DNA of 62,048 nucleotides, filler included, from Dugesia japonica (taxonomy: Eukaryota): NCBI GenBank assembly GCA_001938525.1. It is 5 parts of 5 records of this genome, joined end to end, with 100 filler letters (N's around TTAATTAATTAA, not from the genome) between each part and the next. Parts side by side here need not be neighbours in the genome. Positions count along the whole stretch, not along the records: positions 34,583 to 43,499 come from MQRL01572388.1; positions 43,600 to 62,048 come from MQRL01568987.1; 3 more parts are not named here. One strand, written 5' to 3'. The translations under genes and the position numbers were made by a program. Below the pieces are notes generated by a model that searched no databases, had not been told where the DNA came from, and saw only the letters and a program-made list of their open reading frames with translations. Below, in pieces: positions 39,833 to 51,711 of the stretch (the stretch's first letter is position 1; each line of letters opens with the position of its first letter).

Positions 39833-41658
39833 TAAATAAATTATCTTTTTCCAGTTTATCTTATTAATCTAAGATTCTGATAAGTCTAATAAATGTTTGG
39901 GATTGTATTAATATTTGTTCAGTTTAATTGTTTAGTGATAAAAGCACGACCTACAAACATGTCGTGCAAATTTAAGACAGACATTAATTATAAATTTGGA
40001 TTTTATCTTTTCAGAAAAAAAAATAAATAAATAATAAAAAAAAATAAAGAAAATGAAAATTTAAATTGCGAATACCTTTTAATTTAAATGGAATTTCTTT
40101 AAAATTTAATTTATTTTATTTTAATTAAAAAGCTTTATTAAATTTCTCAACAGCTGGATTTGATATTGGATTTGGAATGAATNNNNNNNNNNNNNNNNNN
40201 NNNNNNNNNNNNNNNNNNNNTTTTTTTTTCAATAATATTATTTTTGATTTTGATTGATTTTAAAATCAATAATTATTTCTTTGAGGCAGATGGAAATTTC
40301 TTAATGTCTCCGAATATATTCTATATTTAATATTATTAATGATGATTATTATAATTATAATAAGGAGAATAAAAGTCTATTCCTGACGAAGAGAAGGTCG
40401 AAAATTCGAAATACTAACAAGAACTAAAAGAAATAGAAAAACAATAATTTTGATCTTAATTTAATGAAATCTCAAATACAATCAATGGTTAAGTTACACA
40501 TAAAGTGAAAATAACATGAAACATTGTTTCCACTATCAAATTTTTACTAGTTATTATTACTTAAAATGTTTTTGAGTAAAATTTATTGTAAAAAATTTTA
40601 TTAACAAAATAAAACTTTCTATTACAAAGTATTTAACTCTTTTATAACATATCAAAAATTGTAAAAGTTTTCAAAAACAAAAACAATTAATTATCAATTA
40701 AGACTGTTATAATCAAACTCACAAAACAAGATGAAATTACGATTGATGTAATAAATATGTCCGATGAATCCAAAAAATTGGCTTTTATCCGTGTGGGCAT
40801 TTATAAATGTGGGTTATTTGTGTGAGCTTATATCATTTGGGCTTTTGTTATAGAACTTTTCTTAGTGGTAGGTTTTACACTGTTTGGAGTTATCCGTTAG
40901 TTTATATTGAAGTAATTGTTTTTACATGTTTATAATGATTGAAAGTTATATTTTTTTCTTATTTATTCAAAAGAAGTCTTGTTTTTACTAGNNNNNNNNN
41001 NNNNNNNNNNNNNNNNNNNNNNNNNNNNNNNNNNNNNNNNNNNNNNNNNNNNNNNNNNNNNNNNNNNNNNNNNNNNNNNNNNNNNNNNNNNNNNNNNNNN
41101 NNNNNNNNNNNNNNTATTAGAAACTTTAGAAATTTCTTTATCTGTAGACATAAAGATTTATTATTTTATTAAAATTGAAAATGTATATATCTGTGTGTAT
41201 ATGTGTGTTAAAGAGAATTAAAAATATTTTTTCAAAGTTTAATGGGATAGGTTTATTAGAATTTTCAATCTAGAATTATGTGAAATANTACTTGAATATA
41301 TTTATAAATACAATTTTTTATTATTTTATTAGTCATTTTAAGATAAATCTTATTAGAACATTTCATATTTATCCAGTGTAGCAAAGCCATGGCACTTGAA
41401 ACAAATTTGCTGATTCATGGAGAACGTTAAGTTAAAATACTATGATTTTCAAATTTTTTTAATGGTCAATGTTAGATGAACCTATAACATTTATCTTTGC
41501 ATTAAAAAAAGGAGCACTTTTCATTCTAAGATTTATTCACAACCAAAACAAAACACAAACCATCAATTTGTTTTTTAAACAAACTTTTAAAACTAGCTAA
41601 CTTTTTTATTTAATTCTGACCGAAATTATTTTAAAATATTTAAAAAATTATAAATTTA

Positions 41659-41770
41659 AAAAATTAATCATTTTACAAAATTAAATATTTAACAAAATAT
41701 TTTCGATTAAATTTCAAAAATTAATCATTTTATAAAATTTCATATTTAACAAAATAATTTCAATTAAATC
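41659..41770. repeat. About 57-bp tandem duplication
   Basis: aaaaattaatcatttta.aaaatt..atatttaacaaaata.ttt occurs twice. Confidence 0.75.
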
Positions 41771-43499
41771 TTTCAACTTTATTACATGAAGTTAATTTCT
41801 TTATTTATCAAACTNNNNNNNNNNNNNNNNNNNNNNNNNNNNNNNNNNNNNNNAACTGTCTAAAACAATATGAGCTGAGATTAATTAAATTAAGTATGAT
41901 TAAATATTGTATATTATGTAATTGCATGTTTGCATGTATATCTGAATAAATTGATATGTTTGATGATATTGGGTAATTGCTATACCTGATCCCACTATAT
42001 AATACATACGATTGTTGTATAATATACATGTTGATATCAGTTTTTATTTAATTCTCATTTATACTTAACAGTCAATATTTTCGGAACATATAACAANATA
42101 CAAACTTAATTAATTAGTTTTGAAGTTCGATATATTGAAAATAATTGAACGAAACATTAAAAATATCATTAATAAAGTATTTAATAAAGAAAAAGTTTTA
42201 TTTTTAATTTAAATTCCAAGTCAAATTTCATTATCTTCCTTAATATACCAATAGCAATTTGTTCAATTATTTAAATTTGTTATTTATAATAATTTAATAT
42301 TTATAAAAACACATTCATTTTTGATGTTTTGACTGATTGACTTATAACTAGAAACAAGTGTTTAATCTCTGAATATAAGGAACATTTAATACATTTCTCA
42401 TTGCATTGTTATTTGATAATTTAATTAAACATTTCAAATTAATTTAGAACATTCGATAAAAATTAAGAGAAAAAAAAGTGAACATCATTTTTTGTCTAAT
42501 TGATCTAGTAATTAACCTTTAATTAAACTTTACAAAAATTTTAAAAATTGCTGCATATGAAGAATAATTTAAATTAAAAAATGATATTTTTAGATTGTAG
42601 GTAGATTGGGCAGCATGACACCACTAATGTGATTGGTCAATTTTTTCAAACCACATTTTTGATTGATCCGTTGAAAATATTTTTTAACCTCCCATTACCG
42701 AAAATAGGTAAGTGGTGTTATCTAACTCTGCATGGGTTATCGTGGATTTATTGATTTTATGATTTTTATCGGATCAAATTCAAAATTTGTTTTATTTTAA
42801 TTAATGGGGGAATTTCCTGTAAATTTGAAATTTTATTTTAATTTGTTTTGAATTTTTTTNAAAAAGAATTTTGTGCACCTGGGTATTGGGGTTGGGTGGT
42901 ATTGTGTGTGGAAAGTGCAGGTGGAAATTTGGGTGCACTTTTATGGTGCTGGTGTGTGTAAGGTTATAATGAAAAAGGAAATTTGAGTCAAAAGGTGTGT
43001 GTTTGGTTTTATTGATTTTTGAGTATTGTGGATGGATATCAAATTAAGTCTTTACATGGCCTAAATGACTTATGGTGTAAAATGAATCAATAATTTCCTT
43101 TAGGCATCATTTTGGCATATTTGTCAGTTACTACTACATTATATGGTAGTTCCCAACGATATACGTAATCAGGTCATCAAAATTTATATAGAAAGCGATA
43201 GTCGCATTCTACCAATAATTGTGCTTTCAATTTTCTGAGACTAAGATATCCTTAAGAATAACTAAAAACATCAATAAAATAATATCAATAATAAAATAAA
43301 TGAAAATAACTTTTTCCATTCCCCATTACATAAATCTTCATGAATTAATTTTATCACTTTATCAGCTATGCTTGTCGGAACCACCAACAAAAATTAATTT
43401 TCTCTTTTACTACTAACAAATCATTTACTATTTTCAATTCTTGCTTCAGTTTATTCCAGTAACTTCCTTGTTCACTATGCTTAGTTTCTAAACCTTCTT

Positions 43500-43599
43500 N
43501 NNNNNNNNNNNNNNNNNNNNNNNNNNNNNNNNNNNNNNNNNNNTTAATTAATTAANNNNNNNNNNNNNNNNNNNNNNNNNNNNNNNNNNNNNNNNNNNN
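43500..43599. other. Artificial scaffold spacer
   Basis: N44-TTAATTAATTAA-N44. Confidence 0.97.
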
Positions 43600-43899
43600 T
43601 AACGCACACAAATGTGTGCTGCCGCCTATTTACATTAGAAAAATTGAAAAACAGTTATGTAATAATCCGATTAAGTCAGGGGGGGAGTTTGCTGAATGTT
43701 TGCTGTTCTTTACTCCCACTATCTATCTACTTTAGTCATAAATAATTTCATTACAATCACTACATCTAGTAATATTTCGTTCAAAAGGTTGGATAGAGGC
43801 ATCTGGATCAGTTCCAACATATTTTAAATATTTATTTGTTGCTTTATGTATTATATCAGTTAATTTATTATTGAAAGAAATGTATTATATTTATCTATT

Positions 43900-45615
43900 A
43901 CATTATTCCCATGGATTGGAATTTCGTCCTGATAAATGCGTTTATCTACACCTACCTCAAACCAACTTCACCAGCAAAATCTCTATAAATGATAAGAAAA
44001 TTAAAAAATTAGCTATAAAAGAATTNNNNNNNNNNNNNNNNNNNNNNNNNNNNNNNNNNNNNNNNNNNNNNNNNNGTCGGAGATAGAAATGACCAAAGTC
44101 CTTATGAAACGATACAACAAGTCATTGATGATTTAACAAAAATTGCTGAATCAGACCTACTAGGATGGCAGAAGCTAAAGGCATACAAAGTATTCCTACA
44201 TTCTAGACTCGCATTTGCATTCTGAACGCGCGAAATCAAAATTAGCGCCCTTAGCAATCCTCAGAATAATCCAAATGTCAGTAACAACAATATCAGTAAA
44301 GCTCGTTTCCAACTTAGACGTATATTAAATCTTCCGAAACGATCTGAAATTCTATACTTCTACAATTCAACCGAAAATGGAGGAGCTGCTTGCGTCGATC
44401 AGTTGGATGAATATCAAACTCAATGTGTTGTGCAATATTTTAAATTCCTTACCTCAAGATGCATGTATACAAACAAAATAAATATAGAATCCTTGTGTCT
44501 CGCAGCAAGTCAAAGAATAAACAAACTAAACCCATCTCTAAATGAATGCCTCGAATGGATAAATGGGAAAATACATTGAGAAACTCAAATGCAAAGAAAA
44601 CGCACTTTCAGCGAATAAGAACTGCAATACAGTTTTTCAAAAGAATTTATGATACAGATATATAGTTCAATGTACTTAATAAAGAAATAGTCCTTTAAAT
44701 GACAAATAAGACAAGGCAAACCTATGTTATTAATCGTACCTCTCGTAAAGAAATTTCAAATATCATTCACAACGTACTATTTGATTCATACGCTGAAAAT
44801 GGAAAAAAGCAAAGTAAGCAACTTGATATTCACAGCTATTCAAATGAGCCCTATTATAAATAAAATGATTTTCAAAAGTGACCTCAATGAATTTCGGTGG
44901 AATTTCATTCACAGTGCCCGAACAAACTCTCTATCAATACGTGAAAGATCCTTTTATGAAATATAAACTATCGGCGCTGTTTTACTGAAAATGAATCTTT
45001 ATCACATGTTCTTCAAAAATGCAAAATGAATCAGCCAATAGCAACTGAAAGGCATAATGCTTGCCTTGATATTATTGTCAGCAAACTTAAGACCTCAAAT
45101 GCTATTGTTGAGGTTAATAGAATAAATAAATATATTTCGGATTCTTTGGAAAAAGTGGATATTACAGTAACTAATATTGAAAAAAAACAATATATTTAAT
45201 AGATGTCATATGCCCAATAGACTCCAAAAAGAATTTTGAAGAGTGTAACAAAAGAAATTGAGAAAAATATGATCTACTAAAAAATAAAGTAAAAATAGCG
45301 AAGCCTGACTTTGAAGTAGAATTACATACTTGCATAGTTGAATAACTTGGCTCAATTCCAGCCGCAACCATCCGAATTCTGGAAAAAATTATCGAAAACA
45401 AAAATATAATTAAAAGAATATTAAAAGATTGCTCCAGATCAAATATAGTCTATTCAACAGAAGTATGGAAGTTCCGCAAAGCTGGTGTTAGAAACAACAA
45501 AATAACTTCTAATATTGAAGAATAGTATTTAAAGAATTGAAGAAACGTGTGTGGGTTCCATGTAGAACCAAAAACAAGACTATTTGTTTATTCAAACTTG
45601 TTATTTTAATAAATT
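43900..45615 (+). mobile_element. 3' part of a non-LTR retrotransposon with restriction-like endonuclease (NeSL/R5/Utopia/R2-type), decayed
   Basis: GLEFRPDKC (end of RT), FYNSTENGG, RRC..ENESLSHVLQKC..RHN (CCHC knuckle), KVDI..YLIDVICP.D (PD-D/ExK-like), LGS, and AATAAA near 45608. Confidence 0.8.
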
Positions 45616-45624
45616 TTATTATTA

Positions 45625-46106
45625 ATATATTTACTTCAAAATTATTTAATTTTTCAAAGATTTTAACATCTCAATTCTTACTGGAAATTGCATTTATTTA
45701 GTATCAAAATAATTATTCCTCTGATATTTTAAATAATTACTTATCCTTGTTGGATGATCACATCTAAATTTATGTACTAAAATACTATATATAAAACAAT
45801 AATTATCATTATTTTGAATATTAATTACACCTGCAATAAGATTGATATTCACATATTCTATTTTATATTCGAATATTTTGTCTATTGTTCATCCAAATTC
45901 ATTTATTTCTGATTCTTCAATTGCATTAATTGATCTGATATAATTCTTTCAATATTTCCAGATATATTAACCTTTCCATTATTTGAATAATAATTATATG
46001 TTGTTTCTTTTTCATCATCACCACCTTCTTTAATGTACTAAACTTTAATATTTAATCTTGTATTAATTTTTTTAGTCATATTAGTTGAATTATTCTCATT
46101 AGACAT
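45625..46106 (-). pseudogene. N-terminal region of a Maverick pPolB
   Basis: EESEINEFG*TIDKI, VINIQNNDNYCF, HPTRISNY and FPVRI.VKIFEKLNN, in order and separated by frameshifts. Confidence 0.75.
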
Positions 46107-47542
46107 TTTTTAAAAGTAATAAAATAAGAAATTTATGTTTCATTAGAAATACTTCGTGGTATGAATTTAGTTAATAATTCCTCTGCAGTAATTAAATAAT
46201 TTAACATAGTGATATTATAAATATAAATTTTTTCAAGTAGAATTAATGAAATACATTCTACTTGTTTCAGAGGAATATTACTCTAAAATGTAATTTCATC
46301 ACTTGATATAATTATTGAAAACTTTTTTTTCAGTAAAATTATATATTCAAAATTTTTATAAATACAATTAATCATTATAAATAGATGGATAGAAGCGCAT
46401 GGGGCCACCACCCCCAGGGAAATTTTTTTTTATTTTGGCCGATTTTATTTAGGGAGAGAGGGGATGTTTTGTTTTAATGAATTGAATTTTTTTGCGGATT
46501 TTCTATAGTATAAGAAATAAAAATTGAATTTCTTGTTTCAATGAATTGGAGAGGGGTGTACTGCCCCAGTAATAGTTATCGAGTTGTATTTCTTGTTTTA
46601 ATTAATGGAATATTTTGTTTGAATTCATGAAATTTTTGTTTTTATTATTGGAACTTTTTGTTTTAATTAATAAAATTTTTTGTTTTATTTAATCATGGAA
46701 TTTTGAATAATTTTTTTTAATTAATAGCGAAATTTTGTATTTAGCGTGTAATGGGGCTATCTTGATATTTTGCATGGTATGCGGCAGTCTTGATATTTTG
46801 CATATAATTCATATTATACATGAATAAATATTCAAATTAAAACGTTACTTTACAAAATGATAAAAAACAGAACTTTTTTCAAAAAAACATATTAGTTAGG
46901 AAATTTTCTATAAAAAGACACATTTTAAACAATACTATTGGCAATTTTCTATAAAAAATCTCATTAGTGATATAAAGACGTATTTGAGCCAGTTCGACAA
47001 CCAAACCTTTAGACGTTTAAGACTACCTTTAAAAATGTGGCCTGTAAATTTTGCAATTTCCGATTTCAGATTTTAAATTTTGTTGGGGTTAAACAACCGC
47101 TAAACAAGTTAAGGTTGAAAAATAAATTAACAAAAAAAATGGCAGGACCTTTATAGTCAACAATAATGAAAAATAAAGCATGAAAGCAGCAGTAGAAGGA
47201 AACGAAATAAAATCAAAGGTGAATATGAAGAACCGAGTAAAATAAAAGTAACTTACGTCTGGAAATTAAGAAAATTATTAAATTAATAATAAATAACAAG
47301 GGAAAGTGGTATGGAAAATAATTAATTAACAAAAGAAAATTAATTCATTTTAAAATAAAAAAGAAGCGAAATTAGTTAAAAATCTGTTTTATCCAGATAA
47401 TTTCGTTCAAGGAAGTCGGAAAGAACCCGGATAAGAAAAAATGAAGAGAGAACATCAAGATGCAATTAAAATTACGAAGAAGAAAAACATACCACCCTCC
47501 TGAAGGGTACTGCAAGGTTCCAAGATCCAGCTAATAGAAAAC

Positions 47543-48050
47543 CTACAAATAAAAATATAACAAAGACACAAATGTCATGTGTCCTGATAAAAATAGCTGC
47601 CAATCATGGCACCAAAATTCGAAAAAAATTTGTAGAAAATGGCATGAGAACCAATAACAGCAGAAAAACGTTGATCTAAAAATAATCAACAAATCCTGAC
47701 AAAGTTGGGGTGTTAAGAAAATACTATAAAAGGAACCCCCGAATTTTAGAAAAGACACAACAAAAAAATCCATTTTAAATCTCAAACCCTTAATATGACT
47801 TGTTTGATAAAAGACATCACAAACAGAACTTATATTCCATCAGGATCAATTATCAACTTTAATAAAGTTAAACTGGTAAGGTTGAAAAACCCTGTTAAAT
47901 TGTCTAATCGAATTTGTTAATAGAATTAGAAAAAACTAGTCCTGCTGCCCGAAGAAATTAATCATCAATAAGAATCAGCAGATTGTACCAGGAATTTGCC
48001 CTTACAATTGAAACTACCGTTGCAGAATCTATCGGATTAAATTTTGAGTA
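47543..48050 (-). pseudogene. Hydrophobic ORF remnant antisense to and upstream of the unknown cassette (copy B)
   Basis: Homologous to 11510-12022. Synonymous differences (cta/tta, ttt/ttc) in FL(Q/E)IF favour minus-strand coding. Confidence 0.55.
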
Positions 48051-49442
48051 AGGATATGTTTATTCTCTATGTGTGTTATTTTATTAAAAGTTGTGTATAA
48101 TGATTTTAATAAATTCCATTCGTAAAAATTGGTAGTTCAAATTAATATGCATATTATTTTTTATAAAAGATATTGAACATAATTATCATAAAACAAGCTC
48201 CCCTAAAATTTTAGAAAATTAATTTATTAATTTAAATTAATTTACCCACTCTAATAAACGTTATTACAAATCACGAATGAATTATCCCTGTGTTATTGTT
48301 AAGAAACGTCGACATTAACGTAATTTCAATGAGAAATGTTCCTATTAATAGATAAAATATTATCAACGCTAATTGAACCAAAATATGTTATTTTAAATTA
48401 ACTTTGTCTGTGTGCCTTGCTACTAATGATTTTTGGTAAACAGATATTCACCCTTTTCACTAGCCAAGCATACAGCCACTTTAAATCCTACAGCGAAAAT
48501 GTCAACCAATCAAATTGCCAGTCTGATTTAAATTAAACATCATATGTAATCAATTCATATCTATCGATATTACATCAACTCACTCTGTTCACTAACTCGC
48601 TAATACGCATTGCACACACGGCATTCAGTTCTCACCTAACACAACAACAAGAGTGAATTGAGTTGAATTTTCATAACCTTGAGTCGTAACCAAAGACGAC
48701 GTAAATCATTATAATTTAAATCACCTCAATTTTCACTACACTGAGACTAAACTTTAATTACCATTTCTGCGAAAAAACTCAAGATAATCGCATTTAAATT
48801 AAGCCTGTGTTCACAAAATTAAAATAAATTCTAGTTGAACTGCAAAAAAATGGATAATTTCTATCCTAAACAAGTTACATTACAGCAAATGTCTGCTATA
48901 CCAAATTTTTCGTTTGCTGATATTTTTATCTATAACCAAGCAAAGCATGAAACGCAATTTTTTTGCTTTTGTTATAAAATAAATTCAATGAGTATAATAA
49001 ACTATGGGAAAATTATGATTATTATAAAATTGTTTAGTATGATTGTTTCACAAAGTATGACCAAATAACGAGTAAACCTACACCATGTCATTTCCTGTGA
49101 TTTTCGCAATTATTAGTCATAAAAATAAGAATGGATTAGTTTAATACGATATTAGGAGGATGAGAGTTAGGTTTCCAACAAAAGCACGACAATATCAGTA
49201 ATTTACAAAGATATTGTTAATGCAATTATCAGTAAAAATGACCGGTCTGACTTACAGGTATCAGGTAGATTAGAGGATTCAATTTTATTTGAATTTTTAC
49301 AATGAGTGCGGTATGTAGACCAACTCCCAGAGAGATCTAACTTTAACGGGAAAAACATTATAGAAATTACACCTCCCGATTCTTCCAATTGTTATGGTCG
49401 AATAAAAATTAAATAATTTCATTTGTTAGATAATTCAGAATC

Positions 49443-49625
49443 ATGGCCGATCAGTTAACAAGAATGTTGGCATTAGTTCAGTTTGAAAGAGGGAAATCCC
49501 GAAATAGGCAGCTGTTAATTCATATAGTTTCACACGGTGTAACCGAACATCCCGACGAAACCGATCTCCAGTGTTTCGCCGAGATGTTCCCGCTCCAGAA
49601 CCACGTTGATCTCGATGAGGAGTGA
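49443..49625 (+). CDS. Unknown cassette ORF1, copy B (60 aa, intact)
   Basis: Aligns without gaps to copies A and C. Conserved E.P.ET.L.C..EMF motif and acidic tail. Acceptor ttcag upstream. Confidence 0.8.
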   Translation: MADQLTRMLALVQFERGKSRNRQLLIHIVSHGVTEHPDETDLQCFAEMFPLQNHVDLDEE

Positions 49626-49802
49626 TCCTCCTAGACTAAAAACCGCTGCTGGCTAGATTTTTGATTGAATAAAATTTAATTAACCTCACTTCTTATCTGT
49701 TGTTTTAAAAAATTGGCTCGTAGGGATTAACGATTATTAAAATTATTCTTTTATTTTAATTTTTATGTGTTTAAAAGTACTCTTTATTGTAGAACTGACA
49801 AA

Positions 49803-50213
49803 ATAGACTACGTTTGGGAACTGCTATGGGACCGTCGCACGGGGCGCACCATATTTAAAAGATATAGAAACCCGCATGATCGCAATGCAGGTATTTTAAT
49901 GGATTATTCTAATCTGTCCAGCGAAGATGCAGATAACGAAAGAGAATGGGCCGCCGCAGAGCACCAAGCTTTTTATCAATGGTTTGGTCCCGATCGCACT
50001 CAAGAAGTGTTACATCGGGCTACCCCCCTCGCTCCAATAGCTAACCAAACAATTAGTCAATGGCAGGGTGGTCCGTCGTTATTGCCTGTGTCGATCGCCC
50101 ACCTTCCCAGAAATACTAGATTCTCTCTAGACCTTGGGAATACTTTGTGGGATCTACGCAATCGAGCTAGTGGCGGTGCTCTAGAAAATACAGAACCCTC
50201 CTCAGGATCATAA
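49803..50213 (+). CDS. Unknown cassette ORF2, copy B (start codon appears decayed to ATA)
   Basis: IDYVWE aligns to MESVWE of copy C. Acceptor ttgtag at 49787-49792. Confidence 0.8.
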   Translation: MDYVWELLWDRRTGRTIFKRYRNPHDRNAGILMDYSNLSSEDADNEREWAAAEHQAFYQWFGPDRTQEVLHRATPLAPIANQTISQWQGGPSLLPVSIAHLPRNTRFSLDLGNTLWDLRNRASGGALENTEPSSGS

Positions 50214-50439
50214 AAGTTACCAATATGTCAGTATCGTGATTTTCAAATCTAGAATACATGTTTGTGTGTCTATTCGATATTTTCCTTTGTTGTGGGTTCT
50301 TCAGTTGTTACAAAAATTTTTCTCTTTTATAGGTATAAACCAATTATTAATAATCTGATAAACCATGTTGTAAAATAAAATGTTTGCCTTAGGATACATA
50401 AAATTCTAACTCTTGCTCTCATTAATGTGTATCTTTTAG

Positions 50440-50799
50440 TGCATTCTTCATTGAATCGCGTATCGGCTCCTACAAAAAAGATGCGAGATGATAGTGAGAA
50501 CCGCGAGATGACATGAGACCTGTATTGACTCGCTAAGCGTAAGTGGGAGGTGAATACATCTAACGCTAATAGTAAGGTAAGCCGATACCGAAAAAAATGT
50601 GTAGCTTTCCGAAAAGAAAGTTGAGGCTTCCCATGCATAAGAAAGGGTGTGGAATGGGCAAGTGGAGTCACTGGTTGACATGATCCGGTCTTACCAAGAC
50701 CGCGAAAATAAACTGGTGAGTGATGTAATGAAATTGAAGGTTTCCATGCCCCTTGAACCTTTGATGGTCGAGAAAGGCACTCAGACCCCTAAGAGTTAA
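50440..50799 (+). pseudogene. Unknown cassette ORF3, copy B (ends in KGTQT motif)
   Basis: Begins ttttag|TG CAT. Reads HSSLNR..APTK..SKVSRYRKKCV..DRENKLV..PLEPLMVEKGTQT with stops and one frameshift. Homologous to 58987-59345. Confidence 0.8.
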
Positions 50800-50936
50800 T
50801 GCATATACAATTTTTGTTAATAAACCTTTTGTGTGAACCTTCTTATGGCTTTTCTTTTCATTGTTTTACATTATGTGAGTAATCAGTTTAGTCTTTATGA
50901 AAATTTTATTTGAGAATTAACTTTAAATTATTTTAG

Positions 50937-51319
50937 TGCCTCGTACCCGTTTCCCGAACAATCTTCGTCGGTGCCATCACATTATGCGCTGACTCCTTAT
51001 CGAAAGGCATTTGAAGCGTAAGATAGACCGAACACTTCTTAAACAATTATCACAGAAGGACAGATTGATTAAAAAATTAGATATAATCGTAAAAAAGCAG
51101 AACGACCTTGTTATGCAAACGAAGGCCTTAGAAGCCGAAAATAAACAGTTATTGCAGAGGAAGATCGAGTTCTTAAAGCAATTTATTGACGATATATCCC
51201 GACAAATAGGCAACCCAACTGTAACACAATGGGATGACGATAATGACATCGAAGCCTTCAACTTTTTGGTGACAGAACCAAACCAGTGGTTTGATCCAGG
51301 GGCGCTGGATTTGCTTTAA
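50937..51319 (+). pseudogene. Unknown cassette ORF4, copy B (basic region, coiled coil, acidic tail)
   Basis: Begins ttttag|TG CCT. Reads PRTRFPNNLRRCHHIMR*LLIERHLKRK..LIKKLD..TKALEAENKQLLQRKIEFLK..SRQIGNP. Homologous to 58545-58866. Confidence 0.8.
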
Positions 51320-51711
51320 ATATTTTCGTAAAATAAAATATCAAAAATCAAAATTGTAATCTTTTTCTTTTGATGATAACAATAAGGGAAAAATCATAGA
51401 ACCCAAAAATAAAGGTTTATCGACGTGTACCTTCCATTAAGAGTAAGGTCAACCACCATAAACTGAAAACCTACCACAGGGACGGTAAGGTAAATTCTTG
51501 AAAGGGTTCCCTTGAGGGCTATTTTTTCCCCAGCCACCTTTTCGTGTCACTCGACTCAGGTGGGACCCCAACAATTGTAAGCCAGGTCGTTTTCGAAGCC
51601 AGCTCGTTTTACAACCTTTAAAAATGTGGCCCGTAAATTTTGTGAGGAGTGAGGAAAAAATCTTCTCCTTCATCGTTGGACATGTGGCACGTTAATTTTT
51701 TACTTAATAAA

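Noticed and set aside
45310-45385. tRNA-like signal (minus-strand MVAAGIEPS)
   Set aside because: Lies within the retrotransposon endonuclease coding region, and no cloverleaf could be built.
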